Shown here: positions 1 through 13,690 of the stretch, piece after piece
How the letters are laid out: each line of letters opens with the position of its first letter
Numbering within the stretch: position 1 is the stretch's first letter
DNA from: Camelus ferus
Lineage: Eukaryota
DNA length: 64,000 nt
Assembly (NCBI RefSeq): GCF_009834535.1
Contig: NC_045697.1
Location: forward strand, 5,954,001-6,018,000
Direction of reading: 5' to 3'
Position numbers and translations under genes: made by a program
Notes under the pieces: model-generated
Databases searched by the model: none
Seen by the model: the letters and a program-made list of their open reading frames with translations, nothing else
What the model was told of the DNA's origin: nothing

Positions 1-564
1 TTTTAGCCTTAAAGATGAAATCTTCTTGTAGCTGAGAAGTTGAACTGGGGGATGACTCATTCCTACTAGTCTCACAAGAGACTAATATATAAACCAGCCA
101 TGATAATTTACTAATTTTTGCTGTGAAAAAGAAGATTTTTTGGAAAACCCTGAGCTCAAATTGGTTTCACCAGTTTGCTGGAAGCCAAATTGTAATGAGA
201 AGCCTACCAGGGCATTGTGGAATGAGAAAAAGGGGCATGAGTTAATTGATATAAATGTTTGTCATTTCTGGCATCTGGCTTTGAGAGCTATGCATTCATT
301 GCCAGAATCAGGAGCGATTGGACAGGTTGCATCTATAAGTCAGGGCATCCTCGTCTTTGAGGAGACCAGTGGCCTCTCCCTGTTATACTGCAAGCTTTGT
401 TTTCGGGCTTGCACAGGTGATCATCATCCCCGCGTGATGGACAGAACCTGCCTTGGACTCTGCCAGCCTTAGTTTTGTCTTCTGAACACAATTTCCCATC
501 TCCTTCTCGTTTTCTTGATTCTCCCTCCTTGATCTTAACTGGTTCTGGGAGAGTTGTCAATTAG

Positions 565-1570
565 ACTGGCCCTCTGCCCTGCCCACCACTTTTGGGTTGA
601 GTGTATGAGCAACTCAACCTGCCCTGGCCACAGTGATTGACTCAGGCACATATATGTGACCTGAATAGGGGAATCAGAATCTTCATGAGGTTGATGCCTG
701 GATATTGGGGGAAGGGAGACTGAAAAGCTGGCCACGATAACCCCTCCCATCCTACACGCTCCTTTGCAATGTGACTTTAGGTACCTATCATTGGGTGGTG
801 GAGTCTATTTCCCCTCCCTTTGAATCTGGGCTGGTCCCACGACTTGGTGTGATCAGTTGAAGAGATGTTGCCTGAGCTCTGAGCCTCAGCTTCTAGAGGC
901 TTTGCAGATTCTGTTCTCACTCTGAGAATTCTGCTGCCTTGTGAGCAAGCCAGGCTGGAGCTTCTTTGAGATTGAAACACTCCATGTAGAAAGAGAGAAG
1001 CCCACACCTCCTAGGTTTTCTAGCTCCTCCCAGTTGAGTTCCCAGACATGTGAATCAGGCCATCTGAGACCAACCAGCCTCCTGATGACACTGCCTGACC
1101 ACAGATGACTGATTGGATCCAGAAGATACCATATGGAGCCAAAGAATTGCCCAGCTGAGCCTTGCCTGAACTGCTGACCCACAGAATTGTGAGCAGAAAA
1201 ATGGTTGTTCTTTTAAGCCACAAAGTTTTGGGGGTATCTTTTTCCACAGCAATAGATAACTGATACACTGGGAGAGAGAAGTTCTCCACTGGGGGGCCAA
1301 TCTGAGAAGGTGCACTGCTGGGTCTACAGGAGGCTGCTATACTGAGAATCTCAAGAAGAGAAAGCCAAGTAGAGATGAGCAGAACTGAGAGATGACAGAG
1401 ACAGAGTCGAAACCGTAAATGATAATATTTGAGCTTCTGAATCCAGCCAAAACTTAAACTGGCTGCCTTATCAGACTTCCTAATTAAGCAAATAAAGAAG
1501 TTCTTTTAATTTGTAAGTTAGTATGAGTTAGGATTCTGTCACCTGCATCTTAACGAGTGCTAACTGATAC
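565..1570 (+). mobile_element. Nested MaLR LTRs: older MLT1 (J/K/L-like) split by an MLT1F/H-like LTR (~725-1268)
   Basis: Inner 3' end 'ggttgttcttttaagccacaaagttttggggg...cacagcaatagataactgataca'. Outer 3' end 'gagttaggattctgtcacctgca...ctaactgatac' and outer 5' 'ccctggccacagtgattg'. Confidence 0.7.
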
Positions 1571-2619
1571 GCAGTCATTGGCTGGGTGTGTTAATCTATG
1601 CAGTTAGTTTTCAGCCAAATTTTATTGGCTTAATGACTTCCAGTTCCTTAAAGTTAGTTCCCGTGTCAGTCAAAATTCCCTGATTTTAAAAAATGATCTC
1701 GTTCACAATTAGTGTATTCATTTACCAGCTCTCTATATTTTGTTTACTATGCTCAAGGGACTGTGATTCCTGCTGGAGATTTAGCAGGTAATGTGACGTA
1801 TCTAGTGCCCTAATCTCCACTTCAGGCTAGTTAATTAGAATTGCCTTAAATTCCAAGGAGAAAAAGAAATGGCCATTCTGAGCACACACAATCTGCCCCC
1901 TAGTCTTGTGGGGAGACCCGGGGGGCCGTGTGTGGAAACACCTAACATCGTTCCAGCATAAAAACATTTATTTTTTAACGGGATGAAATTACAAGCCCAT
2001 TTCTGAAGTATCTGAGCCCATCACTGAAATTTCCTCCTCTTAGACTTTCTTTTTTCACTTCTAAATCTTCCTCGGAATGCAACATTCTCAGTTTGCCAAA
2101 TAGTGGGGCAGTGAGTAGCTGAGACAAGCCTGCTCTAAATTCAAGAGGCATGTAGTCGTGGAACTGCTGGAGGCTTGGGATTCCAACACACTTCTGAAAT
2201 ACTGCCTCTGTCTTCAGCACCCGCACTTCCTGCTGAGAATACAGGGTTTTTTTTTTTTTTTTTTTTTCCCTTTGCCTTTATTACTTCCAAGCTCTAGTTC
2301 TTGGCTAAGATAAACTGCAGTCCCAAATGCCGTGATTTAATAAGAGGAAATTTACTTGATTTAACGTACAAATGTGGCAGGGGAAGTGATTCTGATAAGG
2401 ATAATTACATCCACATCTTAGTGTAAATTACAGCAAATGTCTGAAACTGTGAGCAGCCACTGAGTCCCTATCACGCAACCCGACCTCCGTCCTTTGGGTG
2501 CACAACCAGCTAAGGAATGTTTAGTGGAAGCAGAATGAGAAGTCTGATTATAACCATCTGACATCCCTGAGTCCCATCATTTATTCACGCAAGAAGTAGT
2601 ATCAGAATAAGGTGTTTTC

Positions 2620-2770
2620 GGAGGAGGGTTTAGCTCAGTGGTAGAGCGCATGCTCAGCATGCTCGAGGTCATGGGTTCAATCCCTACTACCTCCATTAAA
2701 TAAACAAACAAACTTAATTACCTCCCACACCCCCAAAATAAAGAAAGAAACGTATTCTTAAAAAAAAAAA
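2620..2770 (+). mobile_element. tRNA-derived SINE (camelid Vic-1-like)
   Basis: A box 'tagctcagtggtagagc', B box 'gggttcaatccc', A-rich tail. TSD aataaggtgttttc (2606-2619) / aatagggtgttttc (2771-2784). Confidence 0.9.
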
Positions 2771-3659
2771 AATAGGGTGTTTTCTGCATAGCCCTAGGTC
2801 CAGCCAGAGGTGGAAGCTGTGGGAGGGCTGGTCCCAGGCATATGTAGGAAGTGGTGTTGGTTCCACACTCATGATTTTTCAATCCAGACCAAAACCACGG
2901 ACCAGCTTTATCTCCCAATTTTACCCTGATAGGAACCATATTTGGCCACACCAGTAGTTCACTATTCTTTGAATATGGCATTTACTTGTTACTTGTTATT
3001 TCCATGCCTTTTGGTCTCATATTCCTCCCCTGTCTCTTCTCAATCTGATGGAATCCTAATCCTCATCTGAGATGCAGCTCATTTGTAACCACTTGATGCT
3101 AAAACGTCTGTCCTAATCACCCCGAGCCACAGTCACTCTGTCCTCAGGGCTCCCATCACATCCTCTTTATATCTACGTCACGGCATTTATTTGTTCAGTC
3201 AATATGTAGTGAACACTTACCAAGAATATGGGGTCCTGAGGTGAATCAGTCATTTTCTTGTAGGACCTCAGAGTCTAGTAGGGGAGACATTCAAGTAGTA
3301 AAAGATCACCCCAATTCTCATGGAGTGATATATTCCTCAATAAAGATGAACACAGGCCTCTGTGGGAATCAAAGGGACAGAACCCAGCCAAGACTGGGGA
3401 ATCATAGATGGAGTTCTAGAGGAAGGATGGTGTGGTATTCTCTAAAATTTTCTCAATATTTTGAAGGTAGAGATTGATTTTTGTATCCCCATTACCTAGG
3501 ACAGATGTATAGGTAATGTTTTGGGGGGCAGGGGAGAATGAATGAGACATTACTCCAGAAAATGTTAATTCTTGTATTTTGGGGGGGGGGGTCTGGAACC
3601 TAATCAGTACTAAATAACTAAGTGAATAATAAGAAGATGTAACCAAAAATAATGGATCT

Positions 3660-4110
3660 GTACCAGCTATCTATTGCTGTTTGACAAACCATGCCAAAAC
3701 TGGCAGCTTAAAGCAACAGTAATTTGTTATTTCTTGTGATTCTGTGCTTGGTTTGGTGATTTTCTACTGCTGTTTTCTCTTGGACTCATTCATACAGCTA
3801 CATTCAGCTGGGGGGTCACTGGATCTGGGCTTAGCCGGGACAGCGGGGACAGCTGGGCCTCTCTCTTTATATGGTCTTTCATCCTCAAGAAGGCTAGACT
3901 GGGCTTCCACACATGATGACATTAGCACTCTAAGAGGGAAAGCCCTTGAGCACAAGTGCTTATCAAGTCTCTGTTTTGTGTCATATTTTTGGATGTCTCA
4001 GTGGCCAAAGAAAATTGCATGGCCAAGTTCAGACTCAATGCAGTAGAAGATTATGTAAGAGCATGCATACCAGGAAGTATTCATCGGAGCTGTTAATGAA
4101 ACATCCACTA
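3660..4110 (-). mobile_element. MaLR LTR (MLT1H/I/J-like)
   Basis: 'tgtaccagctatctattgctg...aaaactggcagcttaaagcaac' is the reverse of an MLT1 3' end; 'gcatggccaagttcagactcaa' is an MLT1 internal motif. Confidence 0.65.
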
Positions 4111-5199
4111 TAGGTCAGTAGGCATCAGGTTGTCACAGTGGGGGGGATCAACACATAGGTATGGTACACAAGGGTAGGAACACATATCAGAGTCATCGTT
4201 CCCAGGACAAGGAGCTGGGGCCACATTTCTGAGGGCCTGTAGTGCTGTGATAGGAACACTAAATTTGGCTGGATTTGGAGCTGGAAGAACAGGGTTTGGA
4301 TCAAATGAAGTGAGTCCAATAATATTTACCTCACAAGTTATCTCTAGCATCATAAGCAATAATGTGAAAGTATTTTGCAAACTTGAAAAGAAGCGAAATT
4401 AGTATTAGTAGGCAGAAAACCCAGGTCAGCACCACAGACAGCTCCAAGACGACCGCAAAGCTGCTGTAACTAGATAGCATGAATATGAATCCAAGCTCCC
4501 TGAACCCAGAGGCACCTGTGCCCTAGAGAAGCGACTTGCTGAGTGTCTAAATAATTGGTTTTGCTTCATATAGTCTTATTTGCCTTGGGCTCTTTCCTGT
4601 CACGACCCGTATGAATTGAGTTTAGGTTTAGTCATGAGGAAGAGAAAACCCAAACAAAATAAGAGTAGCTTTGACTCTCACAAGAAAAGGATATTGCTAG
4701 GCAGCTCAGGGCTGTTATAGCAGCTCTGCTTCATGAAGTCCAGACCTGGGCTCCTTACTGCTCACTGCCCTGTATCCTCAGGGTGTGACCTTCAACATCA
4801 TGGTCTAAGGTGGGTGGCCAGGTCTCCTTTATGGCTGCATCTATACTTTTTATTTGCTACTCCTTCTAATAAAGACAGTCTTTCTGGTGCCTACTGTGTA
4901 CCAAAAATAGACTAAATGGTGTTATAAATGTGAGCTTGAAAGTCAGGAATCTCGAATTTTTGAGAAGAGGGAGAGAGAAGTTCTTCAAAACATTTGTGAG
5001 GAGAGCAGTCAAGATGCACAATCTAAGTAATGGCCAGTCTGGGTCTGGGATGGTGTTTGAATCATGTAAAGTAAGTCCAGTAACATCTACTTCAAAATAG
5101 AAGGTGAATATAAAGGCTTTTTAATGTTTTCTTCTCAGATCCCAAAGGATCATCTTGTGCTGTGCTTATCTCATTGTAGAGACAACTGCTCTCAGTGAT

Positions 5200-5745
5200 C
5201 TGTATTAGGTTCCTATTGCTGCTGTAAAAATTTGCTGCAAAATCAGTGCCTTAAAACAACATGAATTTATTATCTTGTTGTTCTGGAGGTCAGAAATCAT
5301 AAAATCATTATGTTGGCGGGGGCACATTCCTTTGCGTCTGTAGGAGAGAATCAGTTTCCTTTCCTTTTCTAACTTCTAGAGGCACCTGGACTCCTTCCTC
5401 CATCTTCAAAGCCAATAGTGTAGCATTTTCAAGTCTCTTGCTCTCTCTCTTTTCTCTCTCTCTCTTTCTCCCTGTCTCTCTCCACTCTCTGCTTTCACCA
5501 TCACATCTCTTTTCTCACTCTGACGCTCCTGCCTCCCTTTTATAAGGACCACCGTGATCACACTGGATCTGCCTGTACAATCTATGCTAATCTCCCCACC
5601 TCAACCCCCCTGACTTAACCACACCATAAGCAATAATGTGAAAGCATATGCCAGTGAAGCCTCTTTTGCCTGCAAGGTAACATATTCACAGGTTCTGGGG
5701 ATTAGACCCTGCGTGTCCTTAGGGGTTATTTTTCTGCCTATTACG
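5200..5745 (-). mobile_element. MaLR LTR (MLT1C/D-like)
   Basis: 'tgtattaggttcctattgctgctgtaa...cttaaaacaacatgaatttattatct...ttctggaggtcagaa' through 'aaggtaacatattcacaggttctggggattag'. Confidence 0.8.
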
Positions 5746-6660
5746 CTACCCATTCATTCATTTATTCATTCAACCTATACTTATTGTGCCCTTGCTGTGT
5801 GTCAGATACTATGTCAGCTGCAAACAGTGTAGAGTCAAACAGACAGGGCCCCTTCTCTCCTGGAGCAGTTCGAATATGTTTAAAACACAGACACAAGCAT
5901 ACTCACTCACATAGTCACTTTAGTACAAGTACCCTTGTGCCTGTGAACATTTAGGATGGGATGCCCACCCTGTGACCTCTTTCTGAATGAGTGAACCCTC
6001 ACTGTAAGGAAAATACCCCTAATGCTCAGTGCAAATATCTTGACCTCAGTCTCACTAGTCAATAAAAAGCAGGGAGATTTTTTTGTTCCACTAAGTCCTG
6101 TGCTTCTTGATAATTTCAGCTCCCTCATCTCTCAAGGGCCCATGGGTGACTCTAGCCAGGCTGTAAGAGCAGAGTCAGTCCCTGCTGCGGAGAACCAAGC
6201 CTGGCCAATCACTGGCTTTGCCTCGCCTTCCTTGCTTGCTGGTGATTGGCAGGTGGACTGACCAGTGAATACCTGGCTGCAGACTTTCTTTGGGTGGCAG
6301 CCTTCCAGTGCTGTGTTACTTATGAAGTTTCCCAAGCTTTAGGGCCACCTCATAATCCAGAGGCCCAGCACCTTGCATTCCCCTTCCGGTCTGCACTCCA
6401 GAGGAGGAAGCTGGACTATGAATGGCTCTAGCTGTACTGAGAAGGTATCCTTTGCAGGACTTTCATTTCCACCTGACACTGTATGTGGGGCCAGTCATTA
6501 TCTTTTTCTTCCTGAGTCTCTTAAATAGGAACTTCTATCACCCACTCCTTCCCAAAGGGAGGAGAACTGGTTTTCTTTGACTGAGGAGATGAGGAATCTG
6601 ACAGTCACTGGTTCAACTTTTCTAATTGAATTAAACATATGGGTTTAAAGCTGTGAGTCT

Positions 6661-7024
6661 TGTTAAAGGAAAATTGCGCCAGATGGAGTTTAGCAGACAA
6701 GGAAAACATTATTTAAGACTATTGCAGTAGCGGTTAAGACTATTGAATAGAGGCGAGAGATTGAGCTCAGCTTGAATAAAATAGGGGCAGCTGGAGATTT
6801 ACAGCCAGTGGGCAGGGTGAGGGAGTCAGTAGATGGAAATTTCCAAGAGCAGGGGAGACAGGAGCTTGATTGGATATCAAGGGTAGAGGAAGAGGACCTT
6901 GATTAGATGTCACAGTTTGGGGGTATTCTCACTAAACTGGCTTAGCAGGATTGTTGCTAAAAGCTGGGTCAGCAGGCCAAGGACAAGGTCTAGTCCAGAA
7001 GAGAGCTCAGAGGAGGAAGTTTGT
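6661..7024 (-). mobile_element. ERV1-type solo LTR (MER31/MER67-like)
   Basis: Minus strand begins TGataaggattcctcctcagacaaact...ctctgagctctcttctggactagaccttg and ends ...tttaaCA, resembling MER31/67 LTR termini. Confidence 0.6.
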
Positions 7025-7319
7025 CTGAGGAGGAATCCTTATCAGCGTCACTATGTTCTCTGTCTCGGGAATTGACCTGCCCCATGCCCTACACACTCTC
7101 AGTCCCTCAGGTGTGAATGCCCTGACCCCGTAAGTATGCTTGAGAGAGGATGTGTGAGTGTGTGTGGGGGTGGAGGGTGGTGAGAAGCCCGCAGGGCTTG
7201 GTGCACAGGTACAACTCAGGGACTCACTATTAGGAAATGTGCCTTAGACGTTTTCTCCAGTAGAGCCACGGTCAGTGACAGAGATGGTAATTTGATGGCC
7301 ATTCCAGAGTGACTGTTCC

Positions 7320-7830
7320 TGTGTGTTCATTCCCACTAGTGATGTGTGGGAGTTTTGACTTGCCAATACTTGATGTTGTTCATGTTTTCACTCTTTCCCC
7401 TCTGTTGTTTGGATTGAGTAACTTCTATTGATCTTTCTGTAAGTTCGCTGTTCCTTCCCTCTGTCATCTCAACCCTGATGCTCATGCTGTAAAGTTAATT
7501 TTAAATTTGTTATTGCATTATTCAGTTCTGAATTTTCAATTTTAGATACCGTTTTGATTTTTTCTGCTGAGAACTATCTTTCCATTCATTTCAAGAGTGT
7601 TTTCCCTTACCTCACAGAGCATGACTCTGACAGTTACTTTAAAGGAGCTGTAACCTCTAGATCATTTTGAGGTTGGCGTCTGTTGACTTATTTCCCTGAG
7701 AGTTGTTGAGGTTTTCTAGTTCTTCATATATCAAGTAATTCTGAATTATATCTTGGATATTTTGAATATGCTATGAGGCTGTGTGTCCTATTAAATCTTT
7801 CTGGACACTTTTTTTTTTAAGCAGGCAATC
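7320..7830 (-). mobile_element. Ancient L1M fragments
   Basis: T-rich antisense L1 motifs such as 'cattcccactagtgatgtgtgggagtt' and 'ttcttcatatatcaagtaattctgaattatatcttggata'. Confidence 0.5.
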
Positions 7831-10413
7831 AAGCTAGTTATGTGCATCCTGCAAATCCTGATCTACGTTCTGAGGACAGTCTCCAATTTCAGCTTAATTT
7901 CAAAGGCTTTGCGGTGTTGTTTGGGTCCACCCTGTGTGTGCACAACCCAGGGGCTATCCGAACCCATGTGGTGATCCATCTTGGAGTTCAATTCTCAAAG
8001 TTTTTCTATATTGCTTCCTGTTTTGGAGCTGATCAGGAGTCAGTTTCCTGATATGGAGTTCAGGGGTGAGCCCAGGACTTCACACATAGATTCAGGGCAC
8101 CCCTTTCTTCAGCTGGCTCTTCACTATGATTTCCCCTGCAATCTTCAGTTTCCAGTTGTCACTTCTGGTATTCTGGCTAGAAATGCAATGATTTAGCTTC
8201 CTCATTGTGTTAAATCTTCACAACTGGGTTTGCATCTGGGGCAAAACATTGATTAAAAAAAAAGAAAGAAAACATAACAGGCATCCCCCACAATCTTCAG
8301 CCCACAGAGGCCCATTTTACCAGCTCTTCTTATCAGAGAGAAAAATATTTCTTAGATTTTTGGTGTCTATGTGGCTACCATTTTCTGCCACCTTCCTAGG
8401 AGTTCAGCTTCATGGCTGGGGCTTGTCTCAGTGCAAAAACAAGGCGGGTGTGTGTGTGTGTGCGTGTGTGTGTGTTACTCTTTTAAAGGCAACTCTTTCA
8501 CACTGCATTCTTGTCCCCACATGGTCACCACTTCTGTCCCTCTGGCCAGATTGGGAAGGTGTCCCATGGAGCTTTTCCTGTCGGTGCTCATTGGGCAGTT
8601 CTGGGAATTGTCTGTCCTGGAGTCTATGCCAGGGGATATGAGAGGAGAAACTGCAAAAATCTCACTGCCATATTGGTTATCCTTCAAGTTTTGATTTCTC
8701 TCATCAGTTTGCTGCTGTAGTTTATTTTCAGAGCTCTTGTATGTTTGTATTATGCACCCTGTTCAGGGCTGTTAGTTATAATCAGCGGCAGAAGTAGGGA
8801 GGAGTGTGGTTATTTCATCTTAACCAGGACCAGAAGCTGGATGAGTTCCTTTTCTTTCCGTGAACTTGAAAAGAGAAAATGTCAGTCTCCACGTCTTGGA
8901 GATGAAAGAAGAGGTAAATAGTAAGACTAGGGCCTCACCCCTAAGACCTCAACAAGAATTAGGGCAGGCGGTCTGTTAACTGGAGTAGATTTCTTCAGGG
9001 TCCATGATGGATGCAGGGTGCTGTAAACGGTTGGCACCTTGGAGCAAAATGCTAGAGCTTGTGTCTCTGGGCTCTTGGAAATATCTGTCTCTCTGACTCA
9101 CCACTCCCCATTATCCTCCAGTATCTGAAATGCAGAACAGCTCTGCACATGCGTTCAGTGGATACTAGATTATGAGCAAAAGGCTTTGAAATTGAGGTGA
9201 TGCATTTGATTTAACATAAAGTGGAAAACACAGAAGAGACAAGATAGTTATAAATTGTGTTTTATGTATTCTGTGATTACAGCAGGATAAATAATAGAAC
9301 AGAGAAGGACAGAGATGTATAAAAATTAAAACAACAGTGCTGGAGAGAATGAAGCATATGAGATTATGGGCATCATTGTTCTATTTCAGAAATTTACTTA
9401 ATGTTGTTCTACTAATTTTTCAAATATCATAACATATAAGAATGATTCCTGGCCTGTTGCCTGCTGATCTTGTTGTTTCCCATTCCATCTCTGTCATTAT
9501 TTGGGGAAGGCTTTCCTGATACCCATCTCTCAGACCAACCCCAGATGAGCTGGTCCTCTTGCATGTTCCTATATCACTGTGTGCTCCTTCTCCAAGTGCC
9601 GATGACACTTTACTGTTTATGTGTCCATCATTTTCAGCCTCCTGTGGAGACATGAGCTAATGCAGGCAAGGCTTTGCTCACTGATGTATCCTCAGCACCT
9701 AGCTGGTGCCTGGTCCATGACAGGTACCCAATAAATATGTAGTAACTAAATACTCAAGTCTACAAATAAAAGGAAGCACCCAAAGCTAATATTTCTTTTT
9801 ATGCTTTATTGGGCTTTTTTTTTTTTTTTTTGGTCTCAGGTACTTTTTGTACCCTCATATCATTTTCTTCCCATATGGCAACACGATCCAAAATTTTCAG
9901 CCAAACCACAGCTGGATGGTATGGTGCATTGAGTTGGCAATCAACCGAAGGAGAGGCCCAGTGATGAAAGAATATTCTGTAGAAAAGGAAAATCAGAACT
10001 CCAGTTTTGGCTAAGGCAGCCTTTATCAAGCATGATCAGAAAGACTGAAGGGGTTATGGCTGATATGGGGTTCCAGTGCGGTTGCTAGGTCCAGAGCCTT
10101 TCTTCTCTGGCCCCACTCCTGCTACTGTGACATACAAATTTCAAATACACTGAAGCTAATTCAAGTGCACTATCATTTACTGATGAGCACTTTGAATTTG
10201 TTTCACTCTTGAGGCAAATGCAGGCAAACACCCAAAGCACAAGGCATGCAGTATAACAGCAGGCTGCAAGTGTTTCCACCCAAACAATGCTAGCATATAA
10301 GAGTTGGAAGAACTTCTTTCCAAATTGACACTTAAAAATTTTTTAACAACAGTCAAAACAAGTAATCACCCAACCTTTGGTTGTGACTTTTGAGTAGTGA
10401 AGAACTCACTATC

Positions 10414-10859
10414 TGTGATAGTTAATTTCATGTGTTAAGAATTATTGGTCATGGGTGCCCAGATATTCGCTTAAATGTTATTTCTGGATGAGATTAGCAT
10501 CTGAACTGGGAGGCTGTAAAGCAGATTGCCCTCCTCATGTGGATGGGCATCATTCAGCCTGCTGAAGGCCTGAATGGAACAAAAGGACAGAAGAGGTGAG
10601 AATTCACTCAACCTGACTGATTAAGTTGAGACATAGGTCTTCTTCTGCCCTCAGACTGAAACTTACACCATTGTTATTCCTGGTTCACAGCTCTTCGGAC
10701 TTGGGCTGGAATTAAAACACCAGCTTTCTTGGGTCTCTATCTTGAGAGAGCAGTTTGTGGGGTTTCTCAGCCTCCATAAGCATGTGAGCCAATTCCTCAT
10801 AATATAAATCTCTATATTTATACCATTGGTTCTGCTCCTCCAGGGAACCCTGATGAGCA
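10414..10859 (+). mobile_element. MLT2 LTR (5' LTR of an ERV-L provirus)
   Basis: TGtgatagttaatttcatgtg...gggtgcccagatatt...gatgagattagcat...gtgagccaattcctcataatataaatctc...gaaccctgatgagCA, directly followed by the ERV-L leader 'gatttt..gagtggttctagag'. Confidence 0.88.
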
Positions 10860-13690
10860 TAGATTTTGAGTGGTTCTAGAGAAACAGCATTTTAAGGGTG
10901 AGTTTTCTGAATTGGTTCTGGTGTTTCTGGAATTGGCTGTCTAATTTGATTAGATTTAAAGATGCTGAAGACTCTATCTCCAGTAGTAAAGAGAGCACTG
11001 GTCATCCATGGCATGATCTGGATTCTCCTGGTCAACCACTTATAAGAAGCAAAGAGTTGGTGACTGTGTATATACCTTTGAACATTTTTAAAAAACCAGT
11101 ATGATGAGATTGGCTGGCATGAAAGAAAAGGATGAGTTTAGGGACTTGAATTCCCAGCTCTAGCACTACATAAATGACCTAAAACCTTCTGTGTGTGCCC
11201 TGGTTTTTCAGTAGCATATTTAGTCTCCATGCAATCTTTTTTTTTTTTTTGGTCTCATTTCTCTTCACGTGGTTGATTTCTAGTTTCATGTCATTGTGGT
11301 CATAAAAAGATGCCTGAAATAATTTCTATCCTCTTAAATTTGTTGAGGCTTCTTTTGTGTCCAAGTATGTGGTCTATCTTAGAGAATGTTCCATGTGCCC
11401 TTGAAAAGAATGTATATTCTGTTTTTTTTTTTTTTTGATGTAATGTATGTGTGCCTTGAAAGAAACCTTTACCTCCTGTAGCTGGTGGACTGAGACTGTT
11501 GAAAATAAAACACAGAATCTCATCCTGTGACCAGCTGGATTATAACGCACATTGAACTCCAAACCTCACTGTTAAATAAAGGCAATGATTGTGATCCTGT
11601 AAGTTGGGATGGGGAACGCATGGGAAGACCTTGATAAATCTGGGGCCATCAAGCCCCTAAATTCTGAGTCTTCTGTGCCTGTGGAAGAGGTCGCCCTACC
11701 CCCAGCAGAATTGACCTTCCTACCTCAAGTAGAAGTGGCCTCCCCACCCCTAATGGTAACAGCCTCTCCATCTACAGTGGTATTGGCCTTTGCATTTCTG
11801 TCTGAGGAAATTAACCCTGCACTGCCTGAGAAACTGTAACGGCCTCTCCTGAGCAAGACAATGCTGCTTCTCCTCAGGACCCACCCCTACCACTCCTCTT
11901 CTAGATTCGAGTCCCCGCAGGCCCCTAAAAGAGAGCTACAAGTGTGGCTCATGGAGGTGTGCTATGCTCTAAAGAACAGCTTGCATTTTCTAATTTATGC
12001 AGACATAAGTGTGGGGACCATGTGTGGGAATGGATATTAAGGCTGTGGGATAAATGTGGGAGGACCATAAAGTTGGATCAGGCTGAACTAACTGATGTGG
12101 GCTCACTAAGCAGAGATCCTGCACTTAATGTTGTAGTTAGAAAGGGCTCGAACAGTTAATCTGGTTGGTTGGCTAAAACATGGACATGAAAAAGGTGGCC
12201 CATGGTGGGAAAAAGAGAAATGCTGGCCTTTCTTTAATTTAATGTATATGAAGGGATTCAAAGCTTAGGGACACTGGCGTGTTGGAGTGGGTTTTCTATT
12301 TGAGACCTGCTCTCCCACACTGGGAGGGTCTAGAAGACAGACCTTGACCAATACTTTGAAAAATAAACTTGGGGAGGGGGGCCTAGTGCGTTTGAGGAGC
12401 TCAATGATTGTTCTCTGTAGACAAGACCCTACAGTGGAAACTGCAATCACAGAATTGGGAAACCTAAATGCAAAGGAAATAATTGGATCCTAGGGTGTCA
12501 GGGGCCAAGTGGTGGCACTCAGTTGCCAAAGTCGAGGTGGGCTGGGTCACCATGATGGGCAACAGAGGCAAAGCAACAATCAGAATAGTCTGACTAGCAC
12601 AGACATTTGGGCATTGGCTAGCTGATCACAGTGTTTATACACATGAAATATATAGGAAGCCTGGAAAATTCTTACTTGATCTGTGTAAGCAGAAAAGTTC
12701 TAGGCCAAGTGAACAAAAGTCTGACTTGAATGATAAAAACAGTCACAGCCCCTTGCTGAAGTCCCAGAATTCCTCGAATGAAGGGGAGGCTGGTTCCCCT
12801 TGAGGAAGAACCCCGAGACCCTAATCAAAATTTATCCTGTTAATCTTTCTTCTAGCCTTCCCCAAAGTGACCTACAACCTTTACCAAGGTGACTGTGCAT
12901 TGGAAAAGAGAACAATCAGAGTTTGGGAATTACTACACTGGCTCCAAACTGATGCTAATTTGAGACGACCCAAAACATCACTGTGGTCCACTAGTCAGAG
13001 TGGGAGCTTACGGACCTCAGGAGATCAATGGAGTTTTAGCTCAGATCCATCTCACAAATGGGCCTGGTGGGTCTCCTAACCCATCCTGTGGTTATTTTCC
13101 AAGCTCTGAGTGCACAATTGGGATGGGTTAAAAACCAACAGAATCCCCAAATTGATTCCATAACCTGTGAAGTGAAGACGATTGTTGTGGGAAGAGGAAG
13201 CCATTAGAACTGCCTCTACCTGGGGAAACAGTAAACCAAAAGCAATACCAAATTCCTGGAGGATTACCAAATTCCTGCAGATATTAATGCCACCAAGAAG
13301 GACTTGAAAGGTGCAGGGGTGGTGATTCCCACCACATTCCCACTCAAGCTCCTTATCTGGTCTGTGCAGAAGACAGATGGATCTTGGAGAATAACGGTGG
13401 ATTATTGGGTGACTCCAATTGCAGCTGCTGTACCAGATGTGGATTCATTGCTTGAGCAATTGAACACATCCCCTGGTAACTTGTATGCAGTTACTGATCT
13501 GGAAAACGCTGTTGATCAATACCTGTTAGTAAGGACCACCAGAAGCAGTTTGCTTTCCGCGGGCAAGGCCATCAATACAACTTCATTATCTTTTCTCAGG
13601 GGTTTATTATTTCTCCAGCCCTGGGTCATAATTCAGTTCACAGGGATCGTGGGTGTCTTTCTCTTCCATGAGACATCCCACTGGTCCCTT
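10860..13690 (+). pseudogene. Decayed ERV-L internal region (gag, protease, 5' part of RT), 3'-truncated
   Basis: Fragmented ORFs: gag-like 'DHVWEWILRLWDKCGRTIKLDQAE' (11944-12159) and RT N-terminus 'LKGAGVVIPTT..IWSVQKTDGSWRITVDY..IAAAVPDV..LLEQLNTSPG..YAVTDLENA' (13304 onward). Many stops and frameshifts; no integrase or 3' LTR seen. Confidence 0.9.
11203..11447 (-). mobile_element. Internal L1 ORF2 (endonuclease-region) fragment inserted into ERV-L gag
   Basis: Minus strand has the L1 endonuclease sequence (cagaatatacattcttttcaagggcacatggaacattctctaagatagaccacatacttgg; F.RAHGTFSKIDHILG). Flanked by tgtgtgccctg (11192-11202) / tgtgtgccttg (11448-11458). Confidence 0.8.

Noticed and set aside
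2620..2695. tRNA-like sequences (also at 15013, 36990, 44645, 49130)
   Set aside because: They have A-rich tails, TSDs and divergent stems, so they are SINE heads rather than tRNA genes.
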